Assembly (NCBI GenBank): GCA_964234715.1
Contig: OZ174278.1
Length of the DNA: 64,000 bases
Source: Podarcis melisellensis
Lineage: Eukaryota
Direction: 5' to 3' (one strand)
Positions 50,040 through 62,784 of the stretch are shown here, piece after piece. Positions within the stretch are counted from its first letter, which is position 1, and each line of letters starts with the position of its first letter. A model generated the notes under the pieces. It was given only the letters and a program-made list of their open reading frames with translations, did not search any database and had not been told where the DNA came from. The translations under genes and the position numbers were made by a program.

Positions 50040-50993
50040 ATGGGAAGAAATCAGTGGGCAGAGAGGAAAACCTCACGTCACGAGGAAATTAAAGATTTAG
50101 ATATACTCTGGCTGAAAATAAAAGAAGAATTTAAGCAGAATGAGATTCATATGGAGGAGAAGTTAGGTGAGATGCAGAAATCAATAGATAGGAAAATAGA
50201 AGGGGCAGTAGGAGAACTGTCAAATAAGATAAAAGATTTAACGACTCGAACCAAACTTCTAGAAGACTCAAATAAAAAAACACAAAAAGAGATAAGAGAC
50301 CAGAGGAAGGAAGTTGAGAAAATAAAGGAGAACTTGGGGGAAGTAGGTAAGAGTCAGGAGCAAATTTTGGACAATCTGGCAATGATGGAAATGAAACAAA
50401 AACAGTTAAATTTAAAATTCCGAGGGGTAGGGGAGGAAGTCAACGAAGATGTCAAAGGGAAAATGATAAGAGAACTGGCAAGGTGGTTAAATTTGAAGGA
50501 GGAAGAAGTCACACAAGAAATAGAAAATGCCTTCAGAATAAAAATAAAACCTAAACAAAATAGAGCAAGAAAGATCCCAGGAGACTGTCTGGTAATCTTC
50601 AAATCGACAGAGTTGAAAAACAAGATTCTAAGAGAAAGTTTTCAGAAGAAATTGGTGATAGATGGAAGACCAATTATCATTTTCAAAGAAATTCCAATCA
50701 GACTCCTTCGTAAGAGAGAGGGCTACAAACAACTGGTAAATATCCTAAGGAAGAATGGCATTCAACATAGATGGGAATTCCCAGAAGGGATCTCCTTTTT
50801 TTATAAAGAAAAAAGATTTAAAATCGCTGAAGGTCAGGAAGTCAGGAAGTTTCTACGAAGATATGAGAAAGAACTTGGCAGGACGGGGGAGGTGCATGGG
50901 GGTGGGGGTGGAGAGGGGGACGGGGGAGATGACAAGGGTTTGGGGGGGACTCGGAGGGGGAGGGGGGAGAGGGGGGGAGGGAGAGGAAGGTGA
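50040..50993 (+). CDS. L1 ORF1p (coiled coil plus RRM/CTD); start and end uncertain
   Basis: Heptad-rich N-terminal half and NLKFRGVGE (L1 ORF1 RRM start motif). In-frame ATG at 50040. A strong-context ATG at 50027 is out of frame, and the G-rich end may hide an indel. Confidence 0.8.
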   Translation: MGRNQWAERKTSRHEEIKDLDILWLKIKEEFKQNEIHMEEKLGEMQKSIDRKIEGAVGELSNKIKDLTTRTKLLEDSNKKTQKEIRDQRKEVEKIKENLGEVGKSQEQILDNLAMMEMKQKQLNLKFRGVGEEVNEDVKGKMIRELARWLNLKEEEVTQEIENAFRIKIKPKQNRARKIPGDCLVIFKSTELKNKILRESFQKKLVIDGRPIIIFKEIPIRLLRKREGYKQLVNILRKNGIQHRWEFPEGISFFYKEKRFKIAEGQEVRKFLRRYEKELGRTGEVHGGGGGEGDGGDDKGLGGTRRGRGERGGGRGR

Positions 50994-51077
50994 AGAAGCA
51001 GAAAGTAAAACCACTCGAATCTAAACTATCAGAAACTTAAATCCGCAAACTACTGTTTTATAAGTAAGTAAATAAGA

Positions 51078-54000
51078 ATGAATTTAAAAATCCTAACATG
51101 GAATGTAAACGGTGTGAACGATAAAGTGAAAAGGAATAAAGTTGTAAATGTTTTGAAAAAGAAAAAATTGGATATAATCTGTATACAAGAGACTCACGTA
51201 GCCAAAAAACATAATCGGGTATTAATAAATAGGAATTTAGGAATGGAATTTATAAGTTCCACGGCAGAGAAAAAAAAAGGAGTGGTAACATATGTTAAAG
51301 AAAAATGGGAACCTAAACTGATTTATAAAGACGAAGAAGGAAGGATATTGGGGGTACAAATCAGCTTCCAGGGGGAAAAAATTAATGTGGTAAACATATA
51401 TGCCCCAAACTCAAACAAACCAGAGTTCTTTAAGAAACTAGAACAAGTTTTAATAGAATTAGAAAACAACAGGACGATACTGCTTGGAGATTTCAATGCT
51501 GTGCCAATCCCAGAAATTGACAGACAAACAGAAAAGGGGAAAAAGAACCAAGGGAAGCTGCCAAAGTCTTTCCAAGATTTGGAAGAAAATATGGATTTAA
51601 TAGACATCTGGAGACATAAACATCCAATAGAAAAGCAGTTTACCTTCTTTTCAGAAGTACATAAGAGTTGGGGCAGAATAGACCAAATTTGGACGTCAAG
51701 AGAACTCTCCTTAAGAGTTACGAAATGTGAAATCCATCCGAGAACTCTTTCAGACCACAACTCAGTGACACTGGAAATAAAAAGTGAACTACAAGGAGGT
51801 TTTAGATGGAGACTAAATGAACAACTTTTAGAGGACGAGGAAGTCATCGAGAAAGCTAAAGTCACCTTAAAAGACTACTTCGAATTGAATCTTAACACAG
51901 GAGTTAGTTCAGAAATAACCTGGGACGCCAGCAAGGCGGTGCTGAGAGGCTTCTTCATTCAGCAGAACAGTTACAAAAAGAAACTAAGGCAACAAAAGAA
52001 AGAAGAGATCCTAAGTCAGATAAGGCAGTCAGAGAAAAAACTGACAGAGAACCCAAAAGACATACAAAGTATACAAGTAATCAAAATATTACAGACACAA
52101 TATTCGATGCTAATGAATCAAGAAATTGAATGGAAAATCAGGTTAATGAGGCAAAGATATTTTGAATCAGCCAATAAAACTGGAAAACTATTAGCTTGGC
52201 AACTGAGGAAAAGACAAAAACAAAGTGTGATAAACAAAATAAAAGTAGAAGAAGAAACAATAGAAGACCCAAAAAAGATACAAAAAATCTTTCTGAAGTT
52301 CTATGAAGGGTTATATAAAAAAGGAGAGGAGGATGCAATACTAATAGAAAAATATTTAGAGAACTGTAAAGGGAAGACTTTAACGGCTGAAGAGAAAATA
52401 CAATTAAACAAACCCATAAATATAGAGGAGACTCAGAATGCAATCAAAAGAATGAAATTGGGGAAGACTCCGGGCCCGGATGGCTTATCGGCAAAATACT
52501 ATAAAGTCCTAGGAAGCCAACTTGCGCCAGTCCTCTGTGAGGTAATGAATAACATTTTAAAGGATGGGAAAATACCGGGGTCATGGCGGGAGGCATTCAT
52601 AACCTTAATTCCAAAATCGGACACTGACAAATTAAACATTAAAAATTATAGGCCAATATCTTTACTAAATAATGATTATAAAATATTTGCTGATATAATG
52701 GCGAACAGATTGAAACAACATCTAACGGATTTAATTCATAAGGATCAGGCCGGGTTTCTGCCGAACAGGTTCCTGAAAGACAATGTTAGACATGTCATAA
52801 ATGTAATTGAGTATCTGGAGGTTAATAACAATGTACCGGCAGTATTGATGTTTGTGGACGCTGAAAAGGCGTTCGACAATGTATCATGGACGTTTATGAT
52901 AAAATGTTTGGAGAAGGCGGGGATAGAGGGTGACTTCCTGAAAGGAATACAAGCTATATACTCAACTCAATCGGCCAAATTGATAATAAATAATAACCTG
53001 ACAAACCAATTCAAGATAGAAAAGGGAACAAGACAGGGTTGCCCTCTCTCCCCGCTTCTATTCATTATGGTTTTAGAAATATTGGTGAATAAAATTAGAA
53101 CCTCATCTGAGATACGAGGAATTAGAATAGGACCGAAGGAATTTAAGCTAAAGGCCTACGCAGATGACCTGATATTATCCTTGGAAGAACCTCGAGAGAG
53201 TATTGGCAAAGCGTTAGAGATCCTGGAAGAATACGGCAAGTTATCCGGCTTTAAACTAAACAAATTGAAGACAAAAATGTTGACAAAAAATCTGAAAAGT
53301 GAAGAAAAAGAAGAATTAGAAAGAAATTACGGAATAAAAATTGCAAAAAAAATAAAATATTTAGGAATCTGGCTCACATCAAAAAATATAAACCTAATTG
53401 AAGATAATTACTCGGTAGTTTGGAAAGAGATCAAAAGAGACCTTGATGTCTGGAATAGAGTCAATTTATCGTGGCTGGGTAGGATGGAGGCGATAAAGAT
53501 GGTCGTGCTTCCTAAGATGTTGTTCCTTTTCCAAAACATCCCAATAATCAGGGGGTCTAAACTGTTTAAAGATTGGCAACGGACTCTCTCCAGATTCATC
53601 TGGCAGGGCAGAAGACCAAGGATTAGATTTAAAATTCTTACGGACCGGAAGGAAAGAGGGGGCTTCGCCGTTCCGAACTTAAAGTTGTACCATGAGGCCG
53701 CATGTTTATGCTGGGTCAAAGATTGGATCACGCTAAAAAATAGTGACTTATAGGACCTGGAAGGGGCAGATAATAGATATGGCTGGCATGCCTATCTATG
53801 GCAGAGCAAAGGGAAGGTGCATAGGGGATTTTCGAGTCACATCATTAGAGGCCCCTTGTATGAAGCCTGGGAAAGGAATAAAAAACTACTGGAATGGCGA
53901 ACCCCCTGGTGGCTGTCCCCAATTAATATTATAACAACTATAAATATAAATACGGGAGTAGAGAATTTAACATATGAGGACCTATTGGTAAGATCGGAAG

Positions 54001-54829
54001 ACACGTGGAAATTAAGACCGTACGAGGAACTGAAGGGAAAACTGACAGTTTGGCTACAATACTATCAAATCAATGCCTTATGGGCGGAAGATAAAAAAAT
54101 TGGAATGAATGAAAAAAATCGAAATTCCAGATTGAAATAATTGAAGGTGATTCTAAATTATTATCTAAAATGTACAACATACTATTGGAGTGGGACACAA
54201 AAGATGAGGAGATCAAAGAAGTCATGGTCAAATGGGCAATAGATATAGGACATAGCATAGCCTACGAGCAGTGGTCAAAACTGTGGGAGAAGGGAATAAA
54301 ATTTACGGCGTGTGCCGCAATCAGGGAAAATATAGAAAAGATGATCCACAGATGGTATTTAACACCAGAAAAACTGAACAGGATATATAAGATTGGTAGC
54401 GGGGTCTGCTGGAGGTGTAAAGTAAAGGAGGGTAATTTCATGCATATGTGGTGGGCCTGCGAGGAAATTAAAAAATTCTGGGATACTATATACAACGAGT
54501 TAAAAAAAATATTAAAATACACTTTCCCAAAAAGACCAGAGGCCTTCCTATTAGGCATCATAGGAGAGGAGATTAGGAAAGAAGACGTAGTTTTGTTCCA
54601 GTACTCAACAGCAGCGGCCAGATTGCTAATTGCTCAAAAATGGAAAGGCACGAGCACCCCAACGATGATGGAATGGCAAAATAAACTATATGACTTCTTT
54701 GAATTGGCAAACATGACGCAGAAAATCAGAAACCAAAAAAATACAAAGTTAAGGGACGATTGGGCTAAATTTATGATATATATAGAAAGAAATTATGAAA
54801 ACATACCAACTATAGTAGGTTTATTATAA
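51078..54829 (+). pseudogene. L1 ORF2p (APE endonuclease, RT, CCHC), ~1250 aa with two lesions
   Basis: TWNVNG, IQETH, LGDFN, SDH; PGPDG, YRPISLLN, RQGCPLSP, YADD; CWRC..HMWWAC. In-frame TAG at 53751-53753 (DL*DLEG...WHAYLW) and a 1-nt deletion in the A-run at ~54112-54118. Confidence 0.93.
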
Positions 54830-55112
54830 AACTTTCGATGTTTCAAGTTATTAAACTACAACAGCTGTAAAAATGGAATTTTGTAAAAATTAGGAATCCG
54901 GAATCAAGAGGGATGGAAGTCGAACTGTAAATGTAATGTGCTATGTTGTCTTGTTTTTTCTCTATTTTTTTCCCCTCTTTTTTACTTTTTCCTTTTTTTC
55001 TTTTTTTTTCACATCTATTTATTTTGTCATGTGTATGCATCAAACGAAACTTAATAAAAAGAATTAAAAAAATAATAATGCTGAAATCCAGTATCGCCTG
55101 AGTTCTGCGAGT

Positions 55113-57170
55113 AATAATAATAATAATTTATTATTTATACCCCGCCCATCTGGCTGAGTTTCCCCAGCCACTCTGGGCGGCTCCCAATCAGTGTTAAAAA
55201 CAGTACAGCATTACATATTAAAAACTTCCCTGAACAGGGCTGCCTTAAGATGTCTTCTGAATGTCAGGTAATTCTTTATCTCTTTGACATCTGATGGGAG
55301 GGCGTTCCACAGGGCGGGCGCCACTACCGAGAAGGCCCTCTGTCTGGTTCCCTGTAGCCTCACTTCTCGCAATGAGGGAACCGCCAGAAGGCCCTCGGCA
55401 CTGGATCTCAGTGTCCGGGCTGAATGATGGGGGTGGAGACGCTCTTTCAGGTATACAGGACCGAGGCCGTTTAGGGCTTTAAAGGTCAGCACCAACACTT
55501 TGAATCGTGCTCGGAAACGTACTGGGAGCCAGTGCAGATCTCTCAGAACCGGTGTTATGTGGTCCCGGCGGCCACTCCCAGTCACCAGTCTAGCTGCCGC
55601 ATTCTGGATTAATTGCAGTTTCCGGGTCACCTTCAAAGGTAGCCCCACGTAGAGCGCGTTGCAGTAGTCCAAGCGTGAGATAACTAGAGCATGCACCACT
55701 CTGGCGAGACAGTCCGCGGGGAGGTAGGGTCTTAGCCTGCGTACCAGGTGGACAGCTGTGAGTCCAAAATGACTCCCAGGCTGCGCACCTGGTCCTTCAG
55801 GGGCACAGTTACCCCATTCAGGACCAGGGAGTCCTCCACACCTGCCCGCCTCCTGTCCCCCAAAAACAGTACTTCTGTCTTGTCAGGATTCAACCTCAAT
55901 CTGTTAGCCGCCATCCAACCTCCAACCGCCTCCAGGCACTCACACAGGACCTTCACCGCCTTCACTGGTTCTGATTTAAAGGAGAGGTAGAGCTGGGTGT
56001 CATCTGCATACTGATGAACACCCAGTCCAAACCCCCTGATGATCTCTCCCAGCGGCTTCATATAGATATTAAAAAGCATGGGGGAGAGGACAGAACCCTG
56101 AGGCACCCCACAAGTGAGAGCCCAGGGGTCTGAACACTCACCCCCCACCACCACTTTCTGGACACGGCCCAGAAGGAAGGAGCGGAACCACTGTATGACA
56201 GTGCCCCCAGCTCCCAGCCCCTCTAGACGGTCCAGAAGGATGTTATGGTCGATGGTGTCAAAGGCCGCTGAGAGATCCAGCAGAACTAGGAAACAGCTCT
56301 CACCTTTGTCCCTAGCCCGCCGGAGATCATCAACCAGCACGATCAAGGCAGTTTCAGTCCCATGGTGAGGCCTGAATCCCGATTGGAAGGGATCCAAATG
56401 GTCTGTTTCCTCCAGGCATGCTTGGAGTTGTTCAGCAACCACCCGCTCAATCACCTTGCCCAAGAATGGCAGATTTGAGACTGGGCGATAGTTGGCCAAA
56501 TTGGCCGGGTCTAAAGATGTTTTTTTAAGAAGCAGTTTAATGACCACCTCTTTCAGCGGGTCTGGGAAGGCTCCCTCACAGAGGGAAGCATTCACCACCC
56601 CGCAAAGCCCATCGCCCAGCCCTTCCTGGCTCGCTTTTATCAGCCAGGATGGGCAAGGATCAAGGAGACAGGTGGTCGGTTTCACTCGTCCAAGCAGCCT
56701 GTCCACATCCTCGGAGGTAACAGATTGGAATTGATCCCATGTAACAGGACCAGACAGAACTCCAGCACTCTCCCACCCTAGCCCTGCTCCCACGGTGGAG
56801 TCTACCTCCTTCTGAATCTGAGCGATTTTATCTGCAAAAAAACTTTGCAAAAGCATTTCAGGAGATCTTGGGGTCCCTACCAGGCCCCGGTGGTACAGGT
56901 GGTTCCGATAGACTGCGAACCACCTGAAAAAGTCTCCTGCTGCTGTTTTCTGCAGATGCAATGGAGGCGGCGAAGAAGGCCCTCTTCGCCGTCGCCATTG
57001 CCACTTGGTAGGCTCGACGTTGAGCTCTAACCCATGTCCGGTCTGATTCAGAATGAGTTTTCTGCCACCGGCACTCTAGCCGTCTCAACGATTGTTTCAT
57101 CACCCTCAGCTCCGGGGAAAACCACAGAGCTGTCCGGGCTCCATGCAATCGGAGAGGGCGCTTCGGAGCC
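55113..57170 (-). mobile_element. 5'-truncated L2-clade LINE (~2.06 kb) with (TAA)n tail
   Basis: RT motifs NYRPVSNLPFLGK, LLDLSAAFDT, GVPQGSVL, QYADDTQLY and the L2 C-terminus SRLDYCNALY...LHWLPV...RAFSVVAP.LWN.LP. Frameshifted. No clear TSD, only AGT at both junctions. Confidence 0.92.
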
Positions 57171-59359
57171 AGTGTGGCTTTCTCCCGATTGAAGTGCAGA
57201 GTGTTTGATGACCGGGACATTCACAGGGAAACCAAAATGCTTGTTTACAAAGCTATTGTACTACCAACCTTACTGTATGCTTGTGAAACCTGGACCACTT
57301 ACAAATGCCATCTCCAACTTCTTGAAGGATTCCATCAACGGTGTCTCCAAAAAAAAACTTACACATCACTTGGGAAGACAGGCGAACTAATATCAGTGTA
57401 CTGGATGAAGCAAAGATCACCACTGTTGAAGCAATGATTCTTCAACATCAGCTTCGTTGGACTGGTCATGTTGTGTGGATGCCTGTCGTCTTCCAAAGCA
57501 ACTACTCTATTCCGAACTTAAAAATGGAAAGTGTAATGCTGGTGGTCAACAAAAGTGGTTTAAAGACTATCTCAAGGCAAATCTACAAAAATGTAGTATA
57601 AACACCAACAACTGGGAAACACTGGCCTGCGAGGGCTCCAGCTGGAGAACAGCCTTTACCAAAGGTGTCACAGACTTTGAAGACACTCAAACTCAGAACG
57701 CAAGGGAGAAACATGCTAAGAGGAAGGTACGCTTGGCAAATCCACACTGTGATCAACTCCCATCCAGGAACCAATGTCCCCACTGTGGAAGGACGTGTGG
57801 GTCCAGAATTGGCCTCCACAGTCACTTACGGACTCATTGTTAAAACCGTGTTTATGAAAGACAATATTACTCGGCTAAGAGTGATCGCCAAAGAAGAAGA
57901 AGAAGACTGTAAACAGCCCTATGATCTCCTAAGTATCACCAAAACATAGGCCCCAAAATACAGTTATACGTGCCTGAGGACCACTTGTGTCTACAAAACC
58001 AGAGGAAAGGAGATGCTGACATCACTAGTTGGTCCTTTGGAAGATATTTCAGATTCCGTGGGCTTGCTTAAAGGTCTCCATCCGTTTCCATCCCTGGATA
58101 TGCTATTTTGTTGTGGGTACACACATAGAATTCCTGCACTGTGTTCCCTCCCACACACGCATACCTCCCTCCTCCTCTGCTATACTGGGAAAGAGGTAGG
58201 GCAATTTAATTTTGAACAACTGACAGCCTTCCATTGATATTTTTGTGTTTTGTTCTGCACTTGTATGATTTCATATTGTTATGAGTTTGCAGTGCCCTTC
58301 TAATCCCTGAATCCAGCAAGTCACCTGGTGAAGTGTAAGGAGAACAAATGAAGGGGTTATGTGGGGTAAACATGAACAAGACAACCCTCTTCCCAGAAGG
58401 AATGTGGAGCGAGAACCTTTGGCATTTTTCTTTTCTTTTCTGAACATTGTATAATACATAGCATTGGTTCTGAACAGAAACAAAGAATAGATGCAAACAA
58501 GTTTGCCCCCGATCAAGGTTCCACTCCTCCCCAATCAAGATTCTTCCCTCCTCCATTTCATCGGAAGAACTGGTGTGCTGAAAGATGGAGTGCTACTCAG
58601 CAGTGTATCATGTGGAGAAGAGTTCAAATTCTTTCTTTTTTAAAAAAACATTATCTGGATACAATCTCAGAGCGTTTCATGTTCAATAACACCACTTAAC
58701 AGGTTTTGTACAGAAAGGAATTCTGCTGGTCAGGGCCCTGACAGCATCTTCAGATCCTACAGGACAAAACTTCACTCAAGGCGAGCAAGCCATGCCATTC
58801 TTGTTCCTTGTTAGAGAAAGTACATATATGCTTTGAAAAAATGTTCTACAAAAATAGATCAGCAATTACCACAGAAACTCAGTTTTTCCTTTCGCTGGCA
58901 CTCTCAGATTTTCTCCCTACTTATTAGTACAGTTCCCTACCCTTGAATGAATTACCTCAATCCCTTCTTAAACAGCATACTGGCCAGGAAACGGGTGTGA
59001 GGATTATTAATGGAAAAATCCTTGAATCCTTTAACCCAGTGTTCTGTCTAGCTGCAGTTACAGGGAGAAAAGCAAAACAGGATACCAAGCTGTTTATGCA
59101 GAGGGCTGAAGCTGTGAAGACCTAAAACTTAAAGGAGCAACAAAAGTAAATGCAAAAATAGGTGCGCAATAGAAAAAGGAGGAGAAGGAGACTTTGGCTG
59201 TGTATACACCATAAACTGAAAGCACATGACTTCCCCCAATTGCTGAGATTCCTGAGATTCCTATAGATTCCTGAGAACTATAGTTTACCCATCACAGAGC
59301 TGCAATCCCCAGATCCCTTGACAAACTACTGTTCCCAGGATTCTTTGGGGACAGTCATG

Positions 59360-59449
59360 CATAGCTGTCAACCTTTCCCTTTTTTTGTGAGGAATCCTAT
59401 TTGGAATAAGGGAATTTCCCTTTAAAAAAGGGAAATGTTGACAGCTATG
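59360..59449. mobile_element. 90-bp MITE with the same TIR as the 25970 hAT element, inside an older MITE (~59198-59482)
   Basis: catagctgtcaac / gttgacagctatg. Flanking duplication GTCATG at 59354-59359 and 59450-59455. Confidence 0.8.
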
Positions 59450-59799
59450 GTCATGGGCTTAAAATGTATGGTATGCACACAGGCCATGTGTTTGTAGGAA
59501 ATGTTTTGTGGGTGTAATAGTTGCATTTTTTGTAGGTGTTTGCCCTGTATCTGCTGGATAGGATTAGTTAAGGAGAAATTTAACTGCTACACAAATATGG
59601 ACACTCGGGAACAAGAGAAAACTTTAGATTTCAGTGTGGGATAAGAACTTAGAGCAACCTAGTCTAGTTTCCAGGTGGCCAAACTAGAAGCCCACAAGCA
59701 AAGCAAGGTGGGGACTGCCATCCCTTTGAGCTGGCCCCCAGCTCTGAGAAATCAGGGGCATACTTCTGCTGAATACAGACTTGCATTTTAGCTGTCCCA

Positions 59800-60140
59800 T
59801 TGCAGAAACCTATTTGCTCGGGCCGCAAAATACTGTGCTCAGACATCCATATTATAAGTTTATTGACCAAATGTCTGGCATAGAGTTTTCCTATAACAGA
59901 GAGGAGGCTGATAGGGCGATAATTGCTCGGTAGTGAGTGGATGCCTTCTTAAATAATGGTATCAGCATTGCATTGGTCCAAGAGCCCAGCATTAAGCCAG
60001 TTTTATCAATTATTGTAAACAGAGCTGCCAAGAGATGGCTCACCAGTCCAGAACAGCTTTAAGAAACTCCATCAGGAATTGCATCAGGACCCAAAGCCTT
60101 CCTAGATATTAACTGGACATTTTAGCTGTCACAGAAAATT
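59800..60140 (-). mobile_element. Degenerate non-LTR RT fragment (possibly RTE-X-like)
   Basis: KALGPDAIP.EFLK...SWTNAMLIPLFKK..PSNYRPISLLSVIGKLYARHLVNKL...EQIGF, with frameshifts. Confidence 0.65.
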
Positions 60141-60827
60141 GCCACTGATAGGCCTAGCTTCCAAGCATTTGTCTAGTCCTTTTAAAAAGTCATATTGAAT
60201 ACTGAAGATGAAACTAATTCCCTCCAGAACAGGCACCCAAACCTGTGTTGCAGATGTATGCACCCTTACTTTTGATGAAAGTATTGTTAATTGCTGTTGG
60301 CTATGCAACCAGAGTATCCAATCCACCAGTCTTTTATGTATTTAGTATCCGCTGTCTTTGGGCCGATCAATTGCCTTGACTGTTTCTTGTCAAGGTTTTT
60401 CTGGCTGTTAATCTACTCCAGATCTTCATTCATTGTTCATAGATCCTGTATCCATCACATGACATCAGCTAAGAAGAAGATCCAGCTGGAAGTTTAACTC
60501 TTCTAACTGCAGCAAGAAGCAATCAAGGCAACTAGCTGGCCCAACCAGAGAAGATATTCATTGAACAAAGGGCTATTTGTGTCAGGTGGTCTTGGTCACA
60601 TAGTTCACAGTCTCAGGTAGACACAAAGGAGACCAAAGGCTTGATTACCTAGTTCCTCCCCAGGTCAGGGGATGTGGACATAGCTAAGCCCAGCAGGACA
60701 GCTTATTCTATGGTATTAACCCCTTCATGCATTAATTAGACTTCGGCATGTTGGTTAGATGAGGCTGGTTATCCCACAGATATCAGTATTCAATTTGTAA
60801 TACATGTGAGCATTACAAGCTGGACTG

Positions 60828-61095
60828 AACCTAAGAAGAGACCCTCTGGATAAGATGAAAGGCTCATCTAGTCCTATATCCTATTATCAGAGTGGCCAAC
60901 CACATGCCAATAGGAAGCCTATAGGAAGTGTTAATATGTTTTATATGTGTCTATAGTTTAAATTTAATCAATGCTTAATTTTTTTAAATTATTATTTTTA
61001 AGCAGTTCTTATTTTCATCAGTAAGCTGCCTTGAATCCTGTCAGGGACCTGACAGCAACAGCAGTCTCCCCACTTGTGTGTCCCAGTAACTGGTA
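60828..61095 (-). mobile_element. Old CR1 3' end with a short internal insertion
   Basis: aacctaagaagag...catctagtcc..atcct....cagagtggccaacca.atgcc is a typical reversed CR1 terminus. Ends approximate. Confidence 0.45.
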
Positions 61096-62784
61096 AACTG
61101 AATGAGATAACTGCGAAAATTTGGGGACATAACTAAATCTATCCTAGAAGCCATCACAGCATCTTGGAACGAAGCAGTGTTTTCTTTCAGAAGTTGGTAA
61201 ACAAGGTGTCTAAATGTATTTTTAAGACTGGAGGGCCTCTTTCTCTTTTTTCAAAAAGCAAAACAGTGCTGGAAATCAAGGCAAGGAATACCACATCAGG
61301 AACTAGAGGATTCAGAAGGAAGGAGCTAGCTACCCATCTGCTCTTCCTGAATTGGCCCTGACAGGTGCTGATGTTGGTGGCATTTCCCAACTGCTGAATA
61401 AATACAACAAATAAGCACAGAAGTGGACCAAGAAACGAACCCTGAGATTGTAAAAGACAACACAATAGTTGAGGAAATCCCAGGAATTTATGAATCTGGC
61501 ATTACTGCCTGTGACCCAGGACTGCACCATAAATCACCTCAAAGAAGCCACGCTGGCTGAGAGAATACAACAGCTAATAAAAATCCAGAGAACATCTATT
61601 ATATGCTTAGTGGGTGACATTTAAAGCCTGTAAAGTTTTACATTTTATACATCAACTTTGTGCATTCAGAACATATGCCTGAATGCAATGCTCAAGAAGA
61701 AAGTACGCTGTGTGTACTTCACCTCTTAGGGGAAGTTAGGTCAGGAATTTTCTCTTCCCCTGCCATACAAGACGAAGAGTGCCACAATTTTACAGGCACA
61801 GTCGGTGAAGAATTTATTCAATATTCTGGACATTCCTCCCCTCCAAAAAACAATAAACCCAAACAAGCCTTGCATTTAATCACAATGCAAAAAAATGGGG
61901 AGGGGGTGTTTTGGAACCCACCTGGTTTTACACATAAAGGATCATTGCTGTCACCTAAACTGCTTCCCTGTGATCCCTTCCCTCTCCCCATAAAATCTAA
62001 TGTTAGAAAACATCCAACTACTTTTCTATTAAGTAGTGGGTGGACATAGCAGACGACACAGAGATTTCTCCAAGTAGTTCTTTATAAGTAACCTGGAACT
62101 GAACTGAACTGAACAACAAACAGCTCAGCCAGGTGAATCTTCGTGCAAGCTCAGAATACCTTGCAAGATCTCAAGAACCTCCTAGGACCGGTGTGCTTAG
62201 TAGGTCTTGCTCCCTGCTTTTATAGGCAGCCGGCTGTCAACATTGTAACAACAACAGCCCAGGGTTTTCCGCCTAAATTAAATTACGTGGACCTGAGTGA
62301 AAACTATATACACAATACCCCTGGTGGCCAGGGTGAGAACTTCAATACATAACATTTTCTTTCTGGGCTGATGGTGCCAGTAGTCCTACTGATATTAGTC
62401 CCCTTCATATGGTACTCAAGTGATGAAAGTCTCATGCAGTCAAGAAACAGTGTGGGCTGCACAGCTTCCCCCGGCCCCAATCCTAACATCCATGCATTAG
62501 AATGGGTGTCTACAGCAGCGAAGATCTATGTGTAGATCCCAGGTTCCAGGGAAGACTATATGTGTAGAGCAGCGACTGAATCAAAATGTTTAGCACTCAG
62601 CAAACCACATATTGAGTGCTCCTTTGAGATTCTCTCTCATGTGTTCCTGTTCTCACAACAACCTTATAAGGCAGGTCAGTATTATTACCCCTCTCTTAAG
62701 AGATGAGATGGGAGTTGATGCTGTGAGACAGCAGCTTGCCTACAGCAATTAGTTCATTTATAACAGAGGGAGATTTGATCTAAG

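Larger units (their letters stand above)
48167..55075 (+). mobile_element. Full-length L1-clade LINE (~6.9 kb), antisense to ARHGAP31
   Basis: 5' end gagacttccgg, CpG-rich ~1.85-kb 5' UTR, ORF1, ORF2, AATAAA at 55053-55058, A-rich tail. TSD TAATGCTGAAATCCA at 48135-48149 and 55076-55090 at a TT|AA target. Confidence 0.95.
46093..57905 (+). mobile_element. RTE-clade LINE, 5'-truncated with an inverted 5' segment, split by L1 and L2 insertions (own pieces: 46093-46452 inverted, ~46456-48149, 55091-55112, 57174-57905)
   Basis: APE motifs on minus (IILLGDFNAKVG, SW.HPRS.HWHLLDY). RT motifs on plus (KASEPDGIPAE, LQYADD at ~47887-47904). C-terminal CPHCGR..IGLHSHLRTH, (AAG)n tail. TSD ACTGTAAACAG at 46082-46092 and 57906-57916. 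Many stops and frameshifts. Confidence 0.92.
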
